Shown here piece by piece: positions 49,694-62,480 of a stretch of 64,000 nucleotides of DNA. Both the position numbers and the translations under genes were made by a program. Each line of letters begins with the position of its first letter. Position 1 is the stretch's first letter. The notes under the pieces are model-generated. The model saw only the letters and a program-made list of their open reading frames with translations. It did no database searches and was not told where the DNA came from. The DNA is taken from contig OZ024753.1 in NCBI GenBank assembly GCA_964016885.1, forward strand, positions 21,390,001-21,454,000. The letters run 5' to 3'. The DNA is from Eledone cirrhosa. Its lineage: Eukaryota.

Positions 49694-50405
49694 ATCATCA
49701 TCATCATCGTTTAACGTCTATCTTCCACGCTAGTATGAGTTTAGACGGGAATTGTCCCACTTGAGGAAACATTGGTCGTCTTGCTCATATGGGACTGTCT
49801 GGCAGGTTTTCTACGGCTGGATGCCCTACCTAACACCAACCATGTTTACATTGTGGAACTAGGAGTTTTTTACCGTGTTACTTACACGGCCACATTACAG
49901 TGTGAACTGTGTGTTTTTTTGTTGTGACACCTACACGACCTCATTTATTTAGGACTGGATGTTGTGGTACCAACATAACTTAACAGAGAAAGGGGTGGTG
50001 TTGATGGGGGTGGGAGTGGGAGGATGGAGTAGGGGTAGTGGGTTGGGGTGTATATTGGGTTAAGAGGTGCCTACTGACTGTAGGTTTCACTTTGTACTTA
50101 GGCAAGGCAGGTCTTCTGTATTACTGCTAAACGCCAAAGATCTCGGTCCAGTGACATTGTCTTAGAGAGGTGTAAGTATGTAAGGTAGGAATTTATCAAA
50201 TTGTCCCAGGTTTTTCTGGGTCTACCTACTCCGTAGCCTCCATCAATTTTGATCGCCCTCCACTTTTTTATACAGCTGTCATCTTTCATGCACATCACGT
50301 GACCATACCAACATAATCTTCTCTCGAGTAAACAGCATCTGATCCTTCTTATTCCTAATTTCTCACTTAGTTCATTTATGCTTTGCCGTTCACGTATATT
50401 ACTGT
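49694..50405 (-). mobile_element. RTE LINE 3' end (family C, like 62832-64000)
   Basis: ERRLCWYGHVMCMKDDSCIKKW...GRPRKTWDNL; long 3' UTR; (CAT)n. Confidence 0.9.
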
Positions 50406-50781
50406 ATAACATATTTATTGTGTATTGACCTGTTACATACATTTCATAGAGGATTGGCTCAAGGTCACTCATAGGAGTTATGGACCTGACTCCACTATTG
50501 ATCTACTCTCTGACTGGCGATGTGACAAAAAAAAATATCACCTATACTATATATATATACATACTGTAGAGCTATTGATTCCAGAGTTAGGCCTGATCAC
50601 TACCAATCATACCTTGACTTGGGTGTGAAATATATCTCACATGAGTATAAACATAATGATGTTATATTGATACCTTCCTGCTCTATATTATTATTAGTAT
50701 TATAATATATATCATCATCACCATTTAATGCCCATTTTCCCATGCTATATATATATATGTGTGTACATATACATACATATT

Positions 50782-51420
50782 TATAGAATTCACAAGAATC
50801 AAAGCTATGTTCAAAGCATTTATTCACTTACAATTGTTTCATCCAAACCTAGGCTTGGAGTCTTCGGAGCATTTTTCAATGCTTGTACATATAATTGACC
50901 TCCTATTCAATGCAAGAGACATACATATATATATATTGATGTACAGTGGAGTGACATATATTATACTATACTATACTTGTACAGCAATTCAAAATTAAAA
51001 TACATGCAGCAGATAACACAGATAATGCAAGCGGATAGTTTGATAATCAGATCTAGTAGATAGTGTATGCCGCATGTATTTTAATTTTGATTTTAAATTT
51101 GAATTGCTGTACAAATATAGTATAGTATAATATATGTCACTCCACTGTACATCAATATATATATGTATCTGTATGTCTCTTGCATTGGATAGGAGGTCAA
51201 TTATATGTACAAGCATTGAAAAATGCTCCGAAGACTCCAAGCTTAGGTTTGGATGAAACAATTGTGAATAAAGGCTTTGAACATAGCTTTGATTCTTGTG
51301 AATTCTATATAACTGCTCTGTAGAACAACTGATGTTCTTACATTGAGCTATTTATCTTACTGGTAATAAGGTAGTAATAAATTACTGACCTTCCCTGTTT
51401 ATAGTTTAAAATATACATAA
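50782..51420. mobile_element. Fold-back element (~225-bp arms, ~64-bp spacer) with hammerhead-like motif (family B)
   Basis: Arms at 50782-51007 and 51072-51309. Each contains CCGAAGA-C-TCCAAGC(C/T)TAGGTTTGGA-T-GAAA-C-AATT-GT. Confidence 0.75.
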
Positions 51421-51465
51421 CTATAAATAGTATCCTTAATATTACATATATATATATATACACCC

Positions 51466-52050
51466 TATTTATTCTATTATATATATTTCAAAGGTACCAA
51501 AAACTTTAGTACGCTTTCATCAGATAAAATACGAAGTGTGTTTTATAAATTTTGACATAGCCAAGAAACACCTTATGAGTTGAATTTTCCTTGGACAGTG
51601 AAATTAAAGAACGGATTTTTCAAAATTTTACTTTTTCCTTCTTTCTTTCTCTCCTACTAGTATATCTAAACTTTCCATAGCGTTTAAAATAACGGTTTTT
51701 CAATCATATAACTCAACCTCATTTACATATTCATTTGTATACTCATCCTTACAATTTTGAAAAATCCGTTCTTTAATTTCACTGTCCAAGGAAAATTCAA
51801 CTAATAAGGAATGTTTCCTTGGTTATGTCAAAATTTATAAAACACACTCCGTATTTATCTGATGAAAGCGTACCAAAGTTTTTGGTACCCTTGAAATATA
51901 TATAATAGAATAAATATGGTTTTATAAATATAGTTTCCATTTATTTAATATCATTGAATATTTACTCCAGAAATCTGTCGAGTGCTCTGAATCAGTTATA
52001 AACATTTATATTTGTTGAATTTCCAACAAATTAAATATCCCTTCTACTTA
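51466..52050. mobile_element. Second family A fold-back (~160-bp arms, ~125-bp spacer) plus tail
   Basis: Arms at 51466-51628 and 51753-51917. Tail TAAATATGGTTTTATAAATATAGTTTCCATTTATT...TGTCGAGTGCT...ATCAGTTATAAA is homologous to 49510-49605. Confidence 0.8.
51852..51912 (+). ncRNA. Type-I hammerhead ribozyme (mirror copy on - strand at 51470-51531)
   Basis: TATTTAT-CTGATGA-AAG C GTACCAAA gtt TTTGGTAC C CTT-GAAA-T-ATAT-ATA-ATAGAATA; palindromic helix III loop. Confidence 0.75.
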
Positions 52051-52519
52051 TATATATGTATATATATATGTGTGTATGTATATACACACACACATATATA
52101 TCATCATTATCACCATTATTTTACGTCTGCTTTTCCCTGCTTGCAAGGGTATATATATACAGTTTTCTTCTATTAAATATTCATGCCTTTGTAACTCTGC
52201 TGGCCAACTGACATTACAACATTAAATGGTTGTATCACTCCTCCATAAACCTTTATTATTTTGTTTCTGTATTATTATGAATGAAACATGTTTCTATTCA
52301 TCTCATTATGTTGTTTTCTCATTTCAATGTTTTACTTTTATAAACTCTACATTTCATTCCAAGAACTACTACAGACAATACAACACACATACAATATATA
52401 TTGTTATTGTTAATGATAAATTTTTATAGAATATGTGATGCTTATGAACTACATTTCTCTTCCAATATACGAAGTTTATCTTCAATCAGAAACATAAGCA
52501 TATTGGGGTGCAGACATTC

Positions 52520-52840
52520 ATAATTTTCTGACAAAAATGACCAATTCTCCTACAAAAATTACTAATTTACTGACAAACATGACCAATTTTCTGACAAAAA
52601 TGACCAAATTACTCACAAACATGACCAAATTTCTGATAAAAATGACCAAATTTTCTAAAAGTGACCAAATTTCTGACAAAAATGACCAAATTTCTCACAA
52701 ACATACCAAATTTCTGACAAAAATGACCAAATTTCTCACAAACATGACTAATTTTCTGGAAAAAATGACTAATTTTCTGACAAAAACAACTAATTTTCTG
52801 ACAAGAATGACCAATTTTCTGACAAAAACGACTAATTTTA
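52520..52840. repeat. 21-bp minisatellite, about 15 units
   Basis: Unit AAAATGACCAA(A/T)TTTCTGACA; explains the MTNFLTK-repeat ORF. Confidence 0.92.
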
Positions 52841-53369
52841 CATCTGTTTTATGCACACCAGGTGCCCCCTCCAAGCAATATACACCACTGATCTTGAAAC
52901 ATTTCTAATGAAGTGTGTTGAAACAGCATTTTTTCTCACAGGAAGCCAGTTTTTTTTGTTTTCTTTCTGTGGAGAATTCTGTAAATTGGTAATTGGTAAT
53001 TAAAGGCTTGACACATCTTTTCTCATCTTCTTATAATGTCTAGTAATTTTATTAAACTTCTGAAGTAATCTAAGTGAAAATCTTGTAATCAATGCTTTAT
53101 TATGATCTCCTTGACAAATAGTTGAACCTGGAGGGTACATTGTAGATATTCTAAGTATCTAAGTAGTAGCTATTCAGAGCTGATACATTGTGAAGAAGTT
53201 ATTGATTTCTATGTTTAGTTGGAGTGATATTGTTACATCATAAGCTGTAGATTGGTTATAGTTAGCTAATCAAATATATTGAACTGATACTCATTATCAG
53301 CATATGATAGATATAATGAACCTAAAAACCTTGATGATGATGATAATGGATGTAAAACAATAATGATAA

Positions 53370-53458
53370 TAACTGTTTCTACTTTTGGCACAAGACCAGC
53401 AATTACCCCAGTGCATTACTGGTACTTTATTTTATTGACCCCGTAAGGATGAAAGGCA
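53370..53458 (-). mobile_element. Truncated SINE S1
   Basis: TGTTTCTACTTTTGGCACAAGACCAGCAATT...GGATGAAAGGCAA. Another internally deleted copy at 53750-53895. Confidence 0.8.
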
Positions 53459-53605
53459 ATGATGATGCTGTATCGTGTTTCATTTTTTATTCTACTTTGC
53501 TAGCTATAGGACCTATATGATAAACTACCTATAGTATAGGTAGTTTATCATCTCTATGGTGGTAAATGAGTGCAGACAGGGTCAAGAGAATCTTTAAATT
53601 TGTCC

Positions 53606-53704
53606 GAAGACTTGACATCTCTCTAGTGTAGGGGGTCATGAAGACTTGACCTCTCTCTAGTGTAGGGGTCATGAAGACTTGACCTCTCTCTAGTGTAGGG
53701 TCAT
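53606..53704. repeat. ~33-bp tandem repeat x3
   Basis: GAAGACTTGACCTCTCTCTAGTGTAG(G)nTCAT. Confidence 0.9.
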
Positions 53705-53910
53705 GTGATTAGTGTTAGAAAGAGCAGGCAGCCATAGAAATCATGCTAATAATTGTTTCTAGTTTTGGCACAAGGCCAGCAATTAACCCAGTGTATTACT
53801 GGTACTTTAGTTGGGATTTGAACTCAAAATGTAAAGAGCCAAAACTCTATGCTGCAAAGCATGGTGTCCGATGCTTTACCGATTACTGTCAATCTAATAA
53901 GGAAACACAT

Positions 53911-54252
53911 GGAGGCACATGGCTTAGTGGTTAGAGCATTGGCCTTGCAATCGAAAGGTTGTGAGTTCAATTCTCAGGCCGGGTGATGTGTTATTTCCTT
54001 GAGCAAGACACTTTATATCACATTGCTCCAGTTCACTCAGCTGTAGAAATGAGATGATAGGGACTAGGGTCCCTATCATTCCACTTTAAAGTGGACGTAG
54101 AGGTGCCACGGCAAAATAGCACCCATCACTCACTGTAAATGAGGTTCGTGTTAGGAAGGGCATCCAACTGTAGAAATCAAGCCAGAATCAGTTCCCATCC
54201 CACCCTTGCAAGCAGAGAAAAGTGGACGTAAAATGATGACGATGATGATGAT
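53911..54252 (+). mobile_element. CORE-type tRNA SINE (family S2) with RTE-derived tail
   Basis: A-box TGGCTTAGTGG, B-box GAGTTCAATTC, CORE-like CCTTGAGCAAGACACTTTA...CACTCAGCTG, then the AGCACCC...GGAAGGGCATCC module and CCCTTGCAAGCAG..AAAAGTGGACGTAAAA-(TGA)n. Confidence 0.88.
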
Positions 54253-55068
54253 AAGTGAGATGTGTTCCTCTGACCTATCTGAAATCATTCTAGCATGAAA
54301 AATGCCTGTAAAATGATGATGATGATGGGATGGTGGTGGTGGTGGTGGTGATGATTGGGTGAGGATGATGATGATGATGGGGTGGTGGTGGGGGTGGTGA
54401 TGGGGTGGTGGGGGCGATGAGGATGATGATGGAGTGGTGGTGGAGCTGGTGATGGTGATGATGATGATGATGTGGTGACTTTGGAAGATTTATTTCCATT
54501 ATTTAACTCATTGCTGTGAAGATTGTAGGAGTTTCTTGTTGGTTGCTTCAGATGTTTGGGTCATACCATTCTTTGTTCTTCCTGCTTCACAACACGACTT
54601 TATACTTTCATTACCATATTTCTAATGAAATACACTCAGTTTAAATTAATTAACGAAGGATTTAGAGAAATTACTGATATAATTAATTGTTTCCTTATTA
54701 AGATAGTATTTCTAATACAACTTAACAAAAGGTTCTGACATCAAATTATGTTGGAACATTTTAATTTAAATGGACAGGTAGCTGAGTGGTTAGAGAATTG
54801 GATTCACAATCATGAGGTTACAAGTTTGATGCATTGCAACTTTTGCCAGAAGTTGTGACCGGTAGATAGCATCAGCAATGAAAAGACCAATAGAAACATT
54901 GTTTGACAAAATCCACTTTGACAAATTCCACTGCACTTGGTAAGCAAATGAGGTCTGGGATCTTGTCGATTGTGTAAAAAGAAAAAAAAAAAGAAGCCTT
55001 TAAAATAGGTGGTTTTGTTTCATGAAACCTGAGGCAGTTTTTAGACGGGCTGGTATCAGAGACATTAT

Positions 55069-55278
55069 CCCTTTAGCATTCACATTACTCTATATATACT
55101 ATTATATTTTCATGGTAAAGGCTTTACCTCACATAATTATCTCACATAATATCGAATCTATGAGATTTTGAAAGTATTTATTTTGAGAACAATACCTTAA
55201 CATCAGTTTGAGTGACCAGTTTCAACAGAAAAAGGTAGAGAATTCTGGCCGGTTTTGGCTGGTTTGAACATTAAAGGG
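55069..55278. mobile_element. piggyBac-type MITE
   Basis: TTAT-CCCTTTAGCATT ... AACATTAAAGGG-TTAA. A partial copy starts TTAA-CCCTTTAGCATT at 60374. Confidence 0.65.
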
Positions 55279-55917
55279 TTAAGGGATTTAGAGCAGTATT
55301 TTAACATGTTAAACCAGAACCTTTCAGTTTATTTTATTTCACTGTATATGTATATAACCTAAGACAATCTGACCCTACAACCTTGATAAATCAAAATCTG
55401 AAGTAGAAATGTTCATTCCTTGTATGATTATTCAAAGATTTGTTATCAAATCTTGATGTGTTTGTTTTTGTTTGATATAACTAAAATTGCAAATGTACCA
55501 ATAATAATCCCATCATAATTATACTTTAGATGTTGAAAGTAAACAATTATTTGCCCCACCCTCTCCAATGAAATCTGTGATATGTAGAATTTCTACTTAA
55601 TGTTTGAAAACATTACTCTGATATTTTAGAATTGTACTTATCTGGCAAATATCATCTGAAAGCTTGTGTTGAAACTAAAGCAATTAACAGATATCATTTT
55701 AGTCATTCAAAAACATGTGAAAGCTGTTAGAAATTCACTAAATGACTTGGGCTCCGGTTGAAAATCATGGATGAAATGAAACATATCCCATATCTAGGAA
55801 GTAGGATTCTGTTCATTGGATAAGCTAGTGAAGCAGCTTCAACATTTGAAATTGTTCCTGCTATCATCATTATCATCAGCACTGTTTAATGTCCAATTTT
55901 CACACAGGTATGGGTTA

Positions 55918-56084
55918 AACAAGCTGTTCTGTTGTAACACAAGCCGTTCTGTTGTGAGACAAGCTGTTCTGTTGTAAGACAAGCTGTTCTGTTGTGAGAC
56001 AAGCTGTTCTGTTGTGAGACAAGCTGTTCTGATGTGAGACAAGCTGTTCTGATGTGAGACAAACTGTTCTGTTGTCAGACAAGC
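55918..56084. repeat. 20-bp minisatellite x8
   Basis: AAGCTGTTCTGTTGTGAGAC. Confidence 0.95.
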
Positions 56085-57979
56085 CAAATCAGATGACCGT
56101 GTATTGCTCTCTATAGAGCTAAGTTATGATGAATGAATGAATGCAAATATTCTGAGAAAGCTCCAAACATTCATAAACCGATGCTAAAGAAGCCTCTTAT
56201 AAATTAGATCTTCAGAAATCTGAGTCATAAAGACTTGAGGGTGAAAGTTAAGCAGGGGTACATCAACCAACAAATAGTATGATGCAAGTGATGGGTGGGT
56301 TTTAAGAAGACAAAAGAATGTTTATTATCATCATCATCATCATGGTCATTGATCAACACCTGTTTTCCTTGCTAGCAAAGATCGGATGTGTTGTCATAAC
56401 TTGGTCATTACTCAAGTGAAGCCACAGACCTCCAAATGTGTCGGGGGGCATGTATCCTGTTTACATTTGTTCCCATACTCTATCAATTGCTCCGATGGGC
56501 TGAAGTTTCCACATGCAATTCTGCACTCTACCGAGTTTTGTTGTGGTACCAGCACTGGGTAAGTTGTCATGTATTTAACACAGCTGAAAAGTCTTCCTGA
56601 CTCTTTGTTTGCCAGATTTTCTATGGTTGGTTGCCTTTCCTATCACTAATTACTTTACAGAGTGTACTGGGTATGTTTAGCTTGAACACCAGGTCTAGGG
56701 AGATTGTTATGTCTATGGCACAACTGAAGAATTTAGACTTAGAACCCAGAGACGAAACAGAATGCAGAACATTCGAGGATTATCAGATGGAGATTAGTAG
56801 AAAAGGAATGGAAGATGTCAAGGATAAAATGGAATCAAATGTTAATAAAAAGACAGGATAGAACAGGTTGTAAGACTGCAGTGGAGAACCTGTATTCCTG
56901 TAGGGATCCAAGGCCTTCTCACTCTTGTTGGAGGAACTCCTCCCTGGTTGACCAAACAGTCCATAATAATGATTATATTACACATTATTCAATAATTTTG
57001 TTGTGAAAGTTTCACTTATTTGATACTATTGTATCTTGTCTGGTTAATTGTGGTCTATTATAACAAACTGTCTCAATCAGTTTATTTCTTAAGTTACTTC
57101 TGAATAATTCATGCTGAGTATCTATTGATAATTAGTGATTAAATTTGAGAAGTTGTTTTGCTTCTTCTTCTTGCTCTTGCTTGATGAGGACTAGGGTCAT
57201 CCTAGGTCAGTGCTCTCAGAGGCACCATTGTGTGTACAACTGAAGTTATGTACTAAAAGCAGCAATAAAATTGAAACCAAAGATATGATTTAAAACTACT
57301 ACCAAGTACATTTAATAAAAAGAAAAATATAAAATAGAATAACATTTTTAAAAGTGTCTAACCATGTCATATTGCAGTATTTCTTTGGTGGTCTTATACA
57401 TACTAGTCACAGGTCTGGTACTTCTTTGTTAGTCTTATACCAGTCGCAGGTCTCGTACTTCTTTGGTAGTTTTATTCATACCAGTCACAGGTCTGGTACC
57501 TTTCTCAGAGTGGTGAACACTAGACGTTTATCTCTTTAGTGTCAGCTTTTACTCACCTCATCGTAGCTACACCACTGGGTGTGGTGAGAGTTTTCTTGAA
57601 GATGTCACTCATTGCCCATCTCCGCTAGTAGTTTACCACTGTTGGATCTAGGGTTTGGATTTGGGGTGGTCCATCAAGTGCCCCCTTTATATCACAACTA
57701 ACCATCATATCTGGTGACCGTATCATTATCAAGCACCTGTGACCCATTCTCTAGTGGAACTGCTCTGCCGAGAAAGAAGTCTTCCTCATTAAGATAATTC
57801 TGACTAAAAGCCAAGATTATTTCTTAGTTTCCATTTGAAGAATTCTTGTAGGCATTGGATAGAAACCAAAAACATGTTTAATAAGTTTCTTTATATCATA
57901 GTCTATATCATTGTTTGGTATTGTTGGAGTTGTATCTTCTGGGGGGGAAGAAGTAATTGTTAGAACTTCTCCCACCTCT

Positions 57980-58400
57980 CTCACACACACATACATATAC
58001 ATTCACACACACACACACATACACATACATTCACACGCACACACTTACACAAACACTCACACAAACACTTACACACACATACACACATACACTCACACAT
58101 ATACACACATACACTCACACACATACACATATATACACTCACACACATATACACATACACACACATACACTCACACATATACACACAGATACACTCACAC
58201 ATATATACACTCACACACATACACACATACACTCACATAGATAATCACATCAACATATACACACATACACATACTCTCTTACATATACTCACGCACATAC
58301 ACACACATACACTCACATACTCACACACACACATACTCACAAACACACACACATACTCTCTCACACACACCACACATAATATACATACACACACACCATA
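57980..58400. repeat. CA-rich compound microsatellite
   Basis: (CA)n interrupted by TA and CT. Confidence 0.9.
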
Positions 58401-58434
58401 CATACTGACCTGTTTAGTTCTGTTGGCACCTGGA

Positions 58435-59229
58435 ACAATGTTGGAGTAGGGGTCACAGCAATGTTGGAGTAGGGGTCACAGCAATGTTGGAGTAAGGGAC
58501 ACAGCCATGTTGGAGTAGGGGACACAGCAATGTTGGAGTAAGGGACACAGCCAGGTTGGAGTAGGGGACACAGCAATGTTGGAGTAAAGGACACAGCCAG
58601 GTTGGAGTAGGGGACACAGCAATGTTGGAGTAGGGGTCACAGCAATGTTGGAGTAAGAGACACAGCCATGTTGGAGTAGGGGACACAGCAATGTTGGAGT
58701 AAGGGACACAGCCAGGTTGGAGTAGGGGACACAGCAATGTTGGAGTAAAGGACACAGCCAGGTTGGAGTAGGGGACACAGCAATGTTGGAGTAGGGGTCA
58801 CAGCCATGTTGGAGTAGGGGACACAGCCATGTTGGAGTAGGGGTCGCAGCCATGTTGGAGTAGGGGTCACAACCATGTTGGAGTAGGGGACACAGCATAA
58901 TGGAGTAGGGGACACAGCCATGTTGGAGTAGGGGTCACAGCCATGTTGGAGTAGGGGACACAGCATGTTGGAGTAGGGGACACAGCCATGTTGGACTAGG
59001 GGTCACAGCCATGTTGGAGAAGGGGACACAGCATGTTGGAGTAGGGGACACAGCCATGTTGGAGTAGGGGACACAACCATGTTGGAGTAGGAGTCACAGC
59101 CATGTTGGAGTAGGGGACACAGCATGTTGGAGTAGGGAACACAGCCATGTTGGAGTAGGGGACACAGCCATGTTGGAGTAGGGGACATAGCCAGGTTGGA
59201 GTAGGGGTCACAGCCATGTTGGAGTAGGG
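58435..59229. repeat. 22-bp minisatellite, about 36 units
   Basis: ACACAGC(C/A)ATGTTGGAGTAGGGG with minor variants. Confidence 0.95.
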
Positions 59230-59279
59230 TGGGAATTGGTACTTTGGCTTCTTATTGAAAGGAAGTAATATTATTAGCC

Positions 59280-60018
59280 TCATCATCACCAGTACCACCA
59301 TCACCACCGCCACCACCGTCACCACCACCACCACCACCACCACCACCTCCACCATCACCACCACCACTACCACTACCCCCACCACCATCACCACTACCAC
59401 CACCATCACCACTACCACCACCACCACCATCACCACCATCACCACTACCACCACCACCATCACCACCACCACCACCACCACCATCACTACCACCACCACC
59501 AGCACCACCACTACCAACACCACCAACACCACCACAACCAGCACCACCATCACCAGCACCACCACAACCACCACCACCATCAAAACCACCACTACCACCA
59601 CCACCATCACCACGACTACCACCACAACTAACACCACCACTACCACCACCACCATCACCACTACCACCACCACCATCACCACCAGCACCACCACTACCAA
59701 CACCACCAACACCACCACCACCATCACCAGTACCACCACCATCACCACCTCCACCACCACCACCGTCACCACCACCTCCACCTCCACCACCACCATCACC
59801 ACGACTACCACCACAACCAACACCACCACTACCACCAGCACCACCACTACCAACACCACCAACACCACCACAACCACCACCACCATCACCACTACCACCA
59901 CCACTACTACCACCACCACCACCAACACCACCACCACCATCACCATCACCACGACTACCACCACAACCAACACCACCACTACTACCACCACCATCACCAC
60001 CACCACAACCATCACCAT
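59280..60018. repeat. (ACC)n-type trinucleotide array with higher-order units
   Basis: Degenerate ACC repeat; recurrent ACCACGACTACCACCACAAC block. Confidence 0.95.
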
Positions 60019-60436
60019 ATGACAAGAAGACTTATGAAATAAGAGAAGGAATAAGACTCCACCTCCATCTTGGTTGTTCATTCGATGTCGTAACCATTGA
60101 CAACTTGGTCTTGTTAGATTTCATAGGATTTTAATTAGAATATTTTAACATAGCAAATTCTATTCTTGTAACGACATAGTTAGATATAATGACAAAACCT
60201 CGACAACTGAGGGTCTTCAACAATTAAGACATTTTTATAGATAAAGAATGCTGGATATACCTAAAAGCTAAATAAGCCATAGCTTAGGGCCCCATACCCT
60301 CGTGGGCCTCATTTTAATTGTACATTTATATTATATCATTACCTTTTATTCCTTAACACTAAGTCATAAAAAATTAACCCTTTAGCATTTACATGCTCTG
60401 TCAAATGTCATATTTATCTATTCCCATTATTTTGAA

Positions 60437-60545
60437 TCCTGCCGAGGTTAACTTTGCCTTCCATCCTTACGGGGTCGATAAAATAAAGTACCAGTAATGC
60501 TCTGGGTTAATTCCTGGCCTTGTGCCAAAAGTAGAAACAATTATT
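60437..60545 (+). mobile_element. 5'-truncated SINE S1 inserted into a TTAA MITE
   Basis: SINE core and tail, flanked by ATTATTTTGAAT / ATTATTTTTAGT (imperfect TSD). Confidence 0.8.
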
Positions 60546-61099
60546 TTTAGTTAATCATACTCAAGAGGGTTATCAATTTTATTTATTTGTAATTTTCTTA
60601 ATTATCTATGTGCAGACTTGAAATTTTGTCAGTAGATGTTTAAATATCAATAATTTACAATTATCTATTTTTACCTGATTCTTTTTTTTTGTTGTTAGAT
60701 TTGACTTTTATAGGCAGGTGACATTAATTAACAGGTGTAAAAGTAATGACTTCATGGATAAACACAAAAATGTAAACTTTATCTGACTTACCTGTTAGAT
60801 TTGTTACAAAAAATATCCAACAATGACCTAGATGTTGATTTCCAACAATTTTAGTACTTTTCACGAACAGGTGAATTAATTTAAAATGCAGGTATAATCA
60901 ATACACGGTTTTAGTCTGTCTCTACATTACACGCAAATATTTTCATTGATAAAAAGTATAAAACCCTTTCATCAGTCAAAATAATATTGGCAATGTACTG
61001 GGTAGATTTATATAACAGAATGTGCCCAATATATAAGTTCATTAACAGGTGTGATGTAGGTGTTTTCCTATCTTTTTCAATATTGTCAGACAATATTTC

Positions 61100-62480
61100 T
61101 GTCATGAAATTGACCAAATACATAATGGCACTTTGCAAAAGGAACACATAAAAGAGGTTTCAATTGGATAACCTTCAGCAGTTTTTCTCTTTTGCAAAGA
61201 GCACATTCGCCAAACCTTCCTCCCAGTAATTTTCTCTATTTTATGAAAATCAATATTTTCTTTGTTCACCTCAGATAATTTTGACTTTCTCCCAGCTTTG
61301 TGTTTGTGAGAAGTATATCCTCCATGTAGCTGAGATGTGACGTCTACACAAAATTTCATGTAGCAGTAGTCCTTTGGTGGTGGCAGATCCTTGTGGCTTT
61401 TAGTGAATACAATAAAAGAATTCACAATCGTTAAATTCACTAAAAACCATAAGATATGTCTCCAGCTGGGTAAAATGCACAATATTGGTTGGATTTGTCA
61501 ACCCCGCTCATATATTTATTATAGGAGAGGTTGACTAAAGGTTTACATTCAGCCCCAACTCCTGGTTGTTGGTTAGAAGTTAGGAATAAAATTTGCCATT
61601 TGTCTTTGTACAAAGTGGATAGGATGTTCCCTTTTTGCACTTGGAGAATGTCACCTCTCTTTTTAAATTTTGTGACTTTTATTTCTTGGGATAGCCCTTT
61701 GCGATTCCCCATTATTGTACTGCATGTGTACGTATTTACAAGGGCAAGATCCTCTGCTAGAAGCACTGAAAAAAAAACCAGTCAAAATATATGTGTCTGT
61801 GTTGAGAGTGGAAGGGTTCAGTCAGAGACCACACAACGTACCCCAATCCCTTTTTTCTCTCTCCGTTGTGTTTCTTTCCTGTGTAAACATCAAAGTTTGC
61901 ACAGTAGCTTGTGTCCAATTCACAGAGTTCCCACACCTTGGTGCCCCATTTAGTGGGTTTAGCTGGCATATATTGTCTGAAATGTACCCTACCCTTATAC
62001 CCAGTCATTGCTTCATCAACACTAAGATTTTTCCCAGGTATATAAACAGTTTTTAATTTTTCAGATAGCATTTTAATTACTGGTCGAACTTTATACAGAG
62101 GGTCATAATTCAAATCATTTCTACTGGGGGCATTTGAAGTATCAACCAGGTGCAAATATTGGTTTAATTTTAAATACCTTATTTTTGCCATAATACTTGA
62201 TATATAAGGGTCACTAAACCTTATATCAGTGCTCCAGTAATTCCACAGTCTTGGAAATTGTTTTATACTGAACATAATATTTATGGTAAAAAATGTTTGA
62301 ATTTGCACAACATCTGTCGGTCACCATAACAGATCGGGTTTTCCTTGATTTGTTGTTGGGCATATCAATTAGTCTGTTTTGCCACAACTTCAAAGAAAGT
62401 TTGTGGCAAAAATAAAAAATAAATAATCCACTGCCTTAGCATTGGGAAGTAATGTGTGTTGTGGACCAGTATTTCGACCT
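61100..62480 (-). pseudogene. piggyBac (PGBD4-like) transposase, multiply frameshifted
   Basis: DPLYKVRPVI...LSVDEAMTGYKGRVHFRQYMPAKPTKWGTKVW...HIYFDWFF; YNKYMSGVDKSNQ; C-terminal Cys-rich ETSFMCSFCKVPLC. Element termini not identified. Confidence 0.9.

Noticed and set aside
52537-52908. Heptad-repeat ORF MTNFLTK...
   Set aside because: A 21-bp minisatellite with a frame break; no coding evidence.
60374-60573. TTAA-CCC as the terminus of the piggyBac transposase element
   Set aside because: It matches the separate short MITE at 55069, and no matching opposite TIR was found beyond the transposase.
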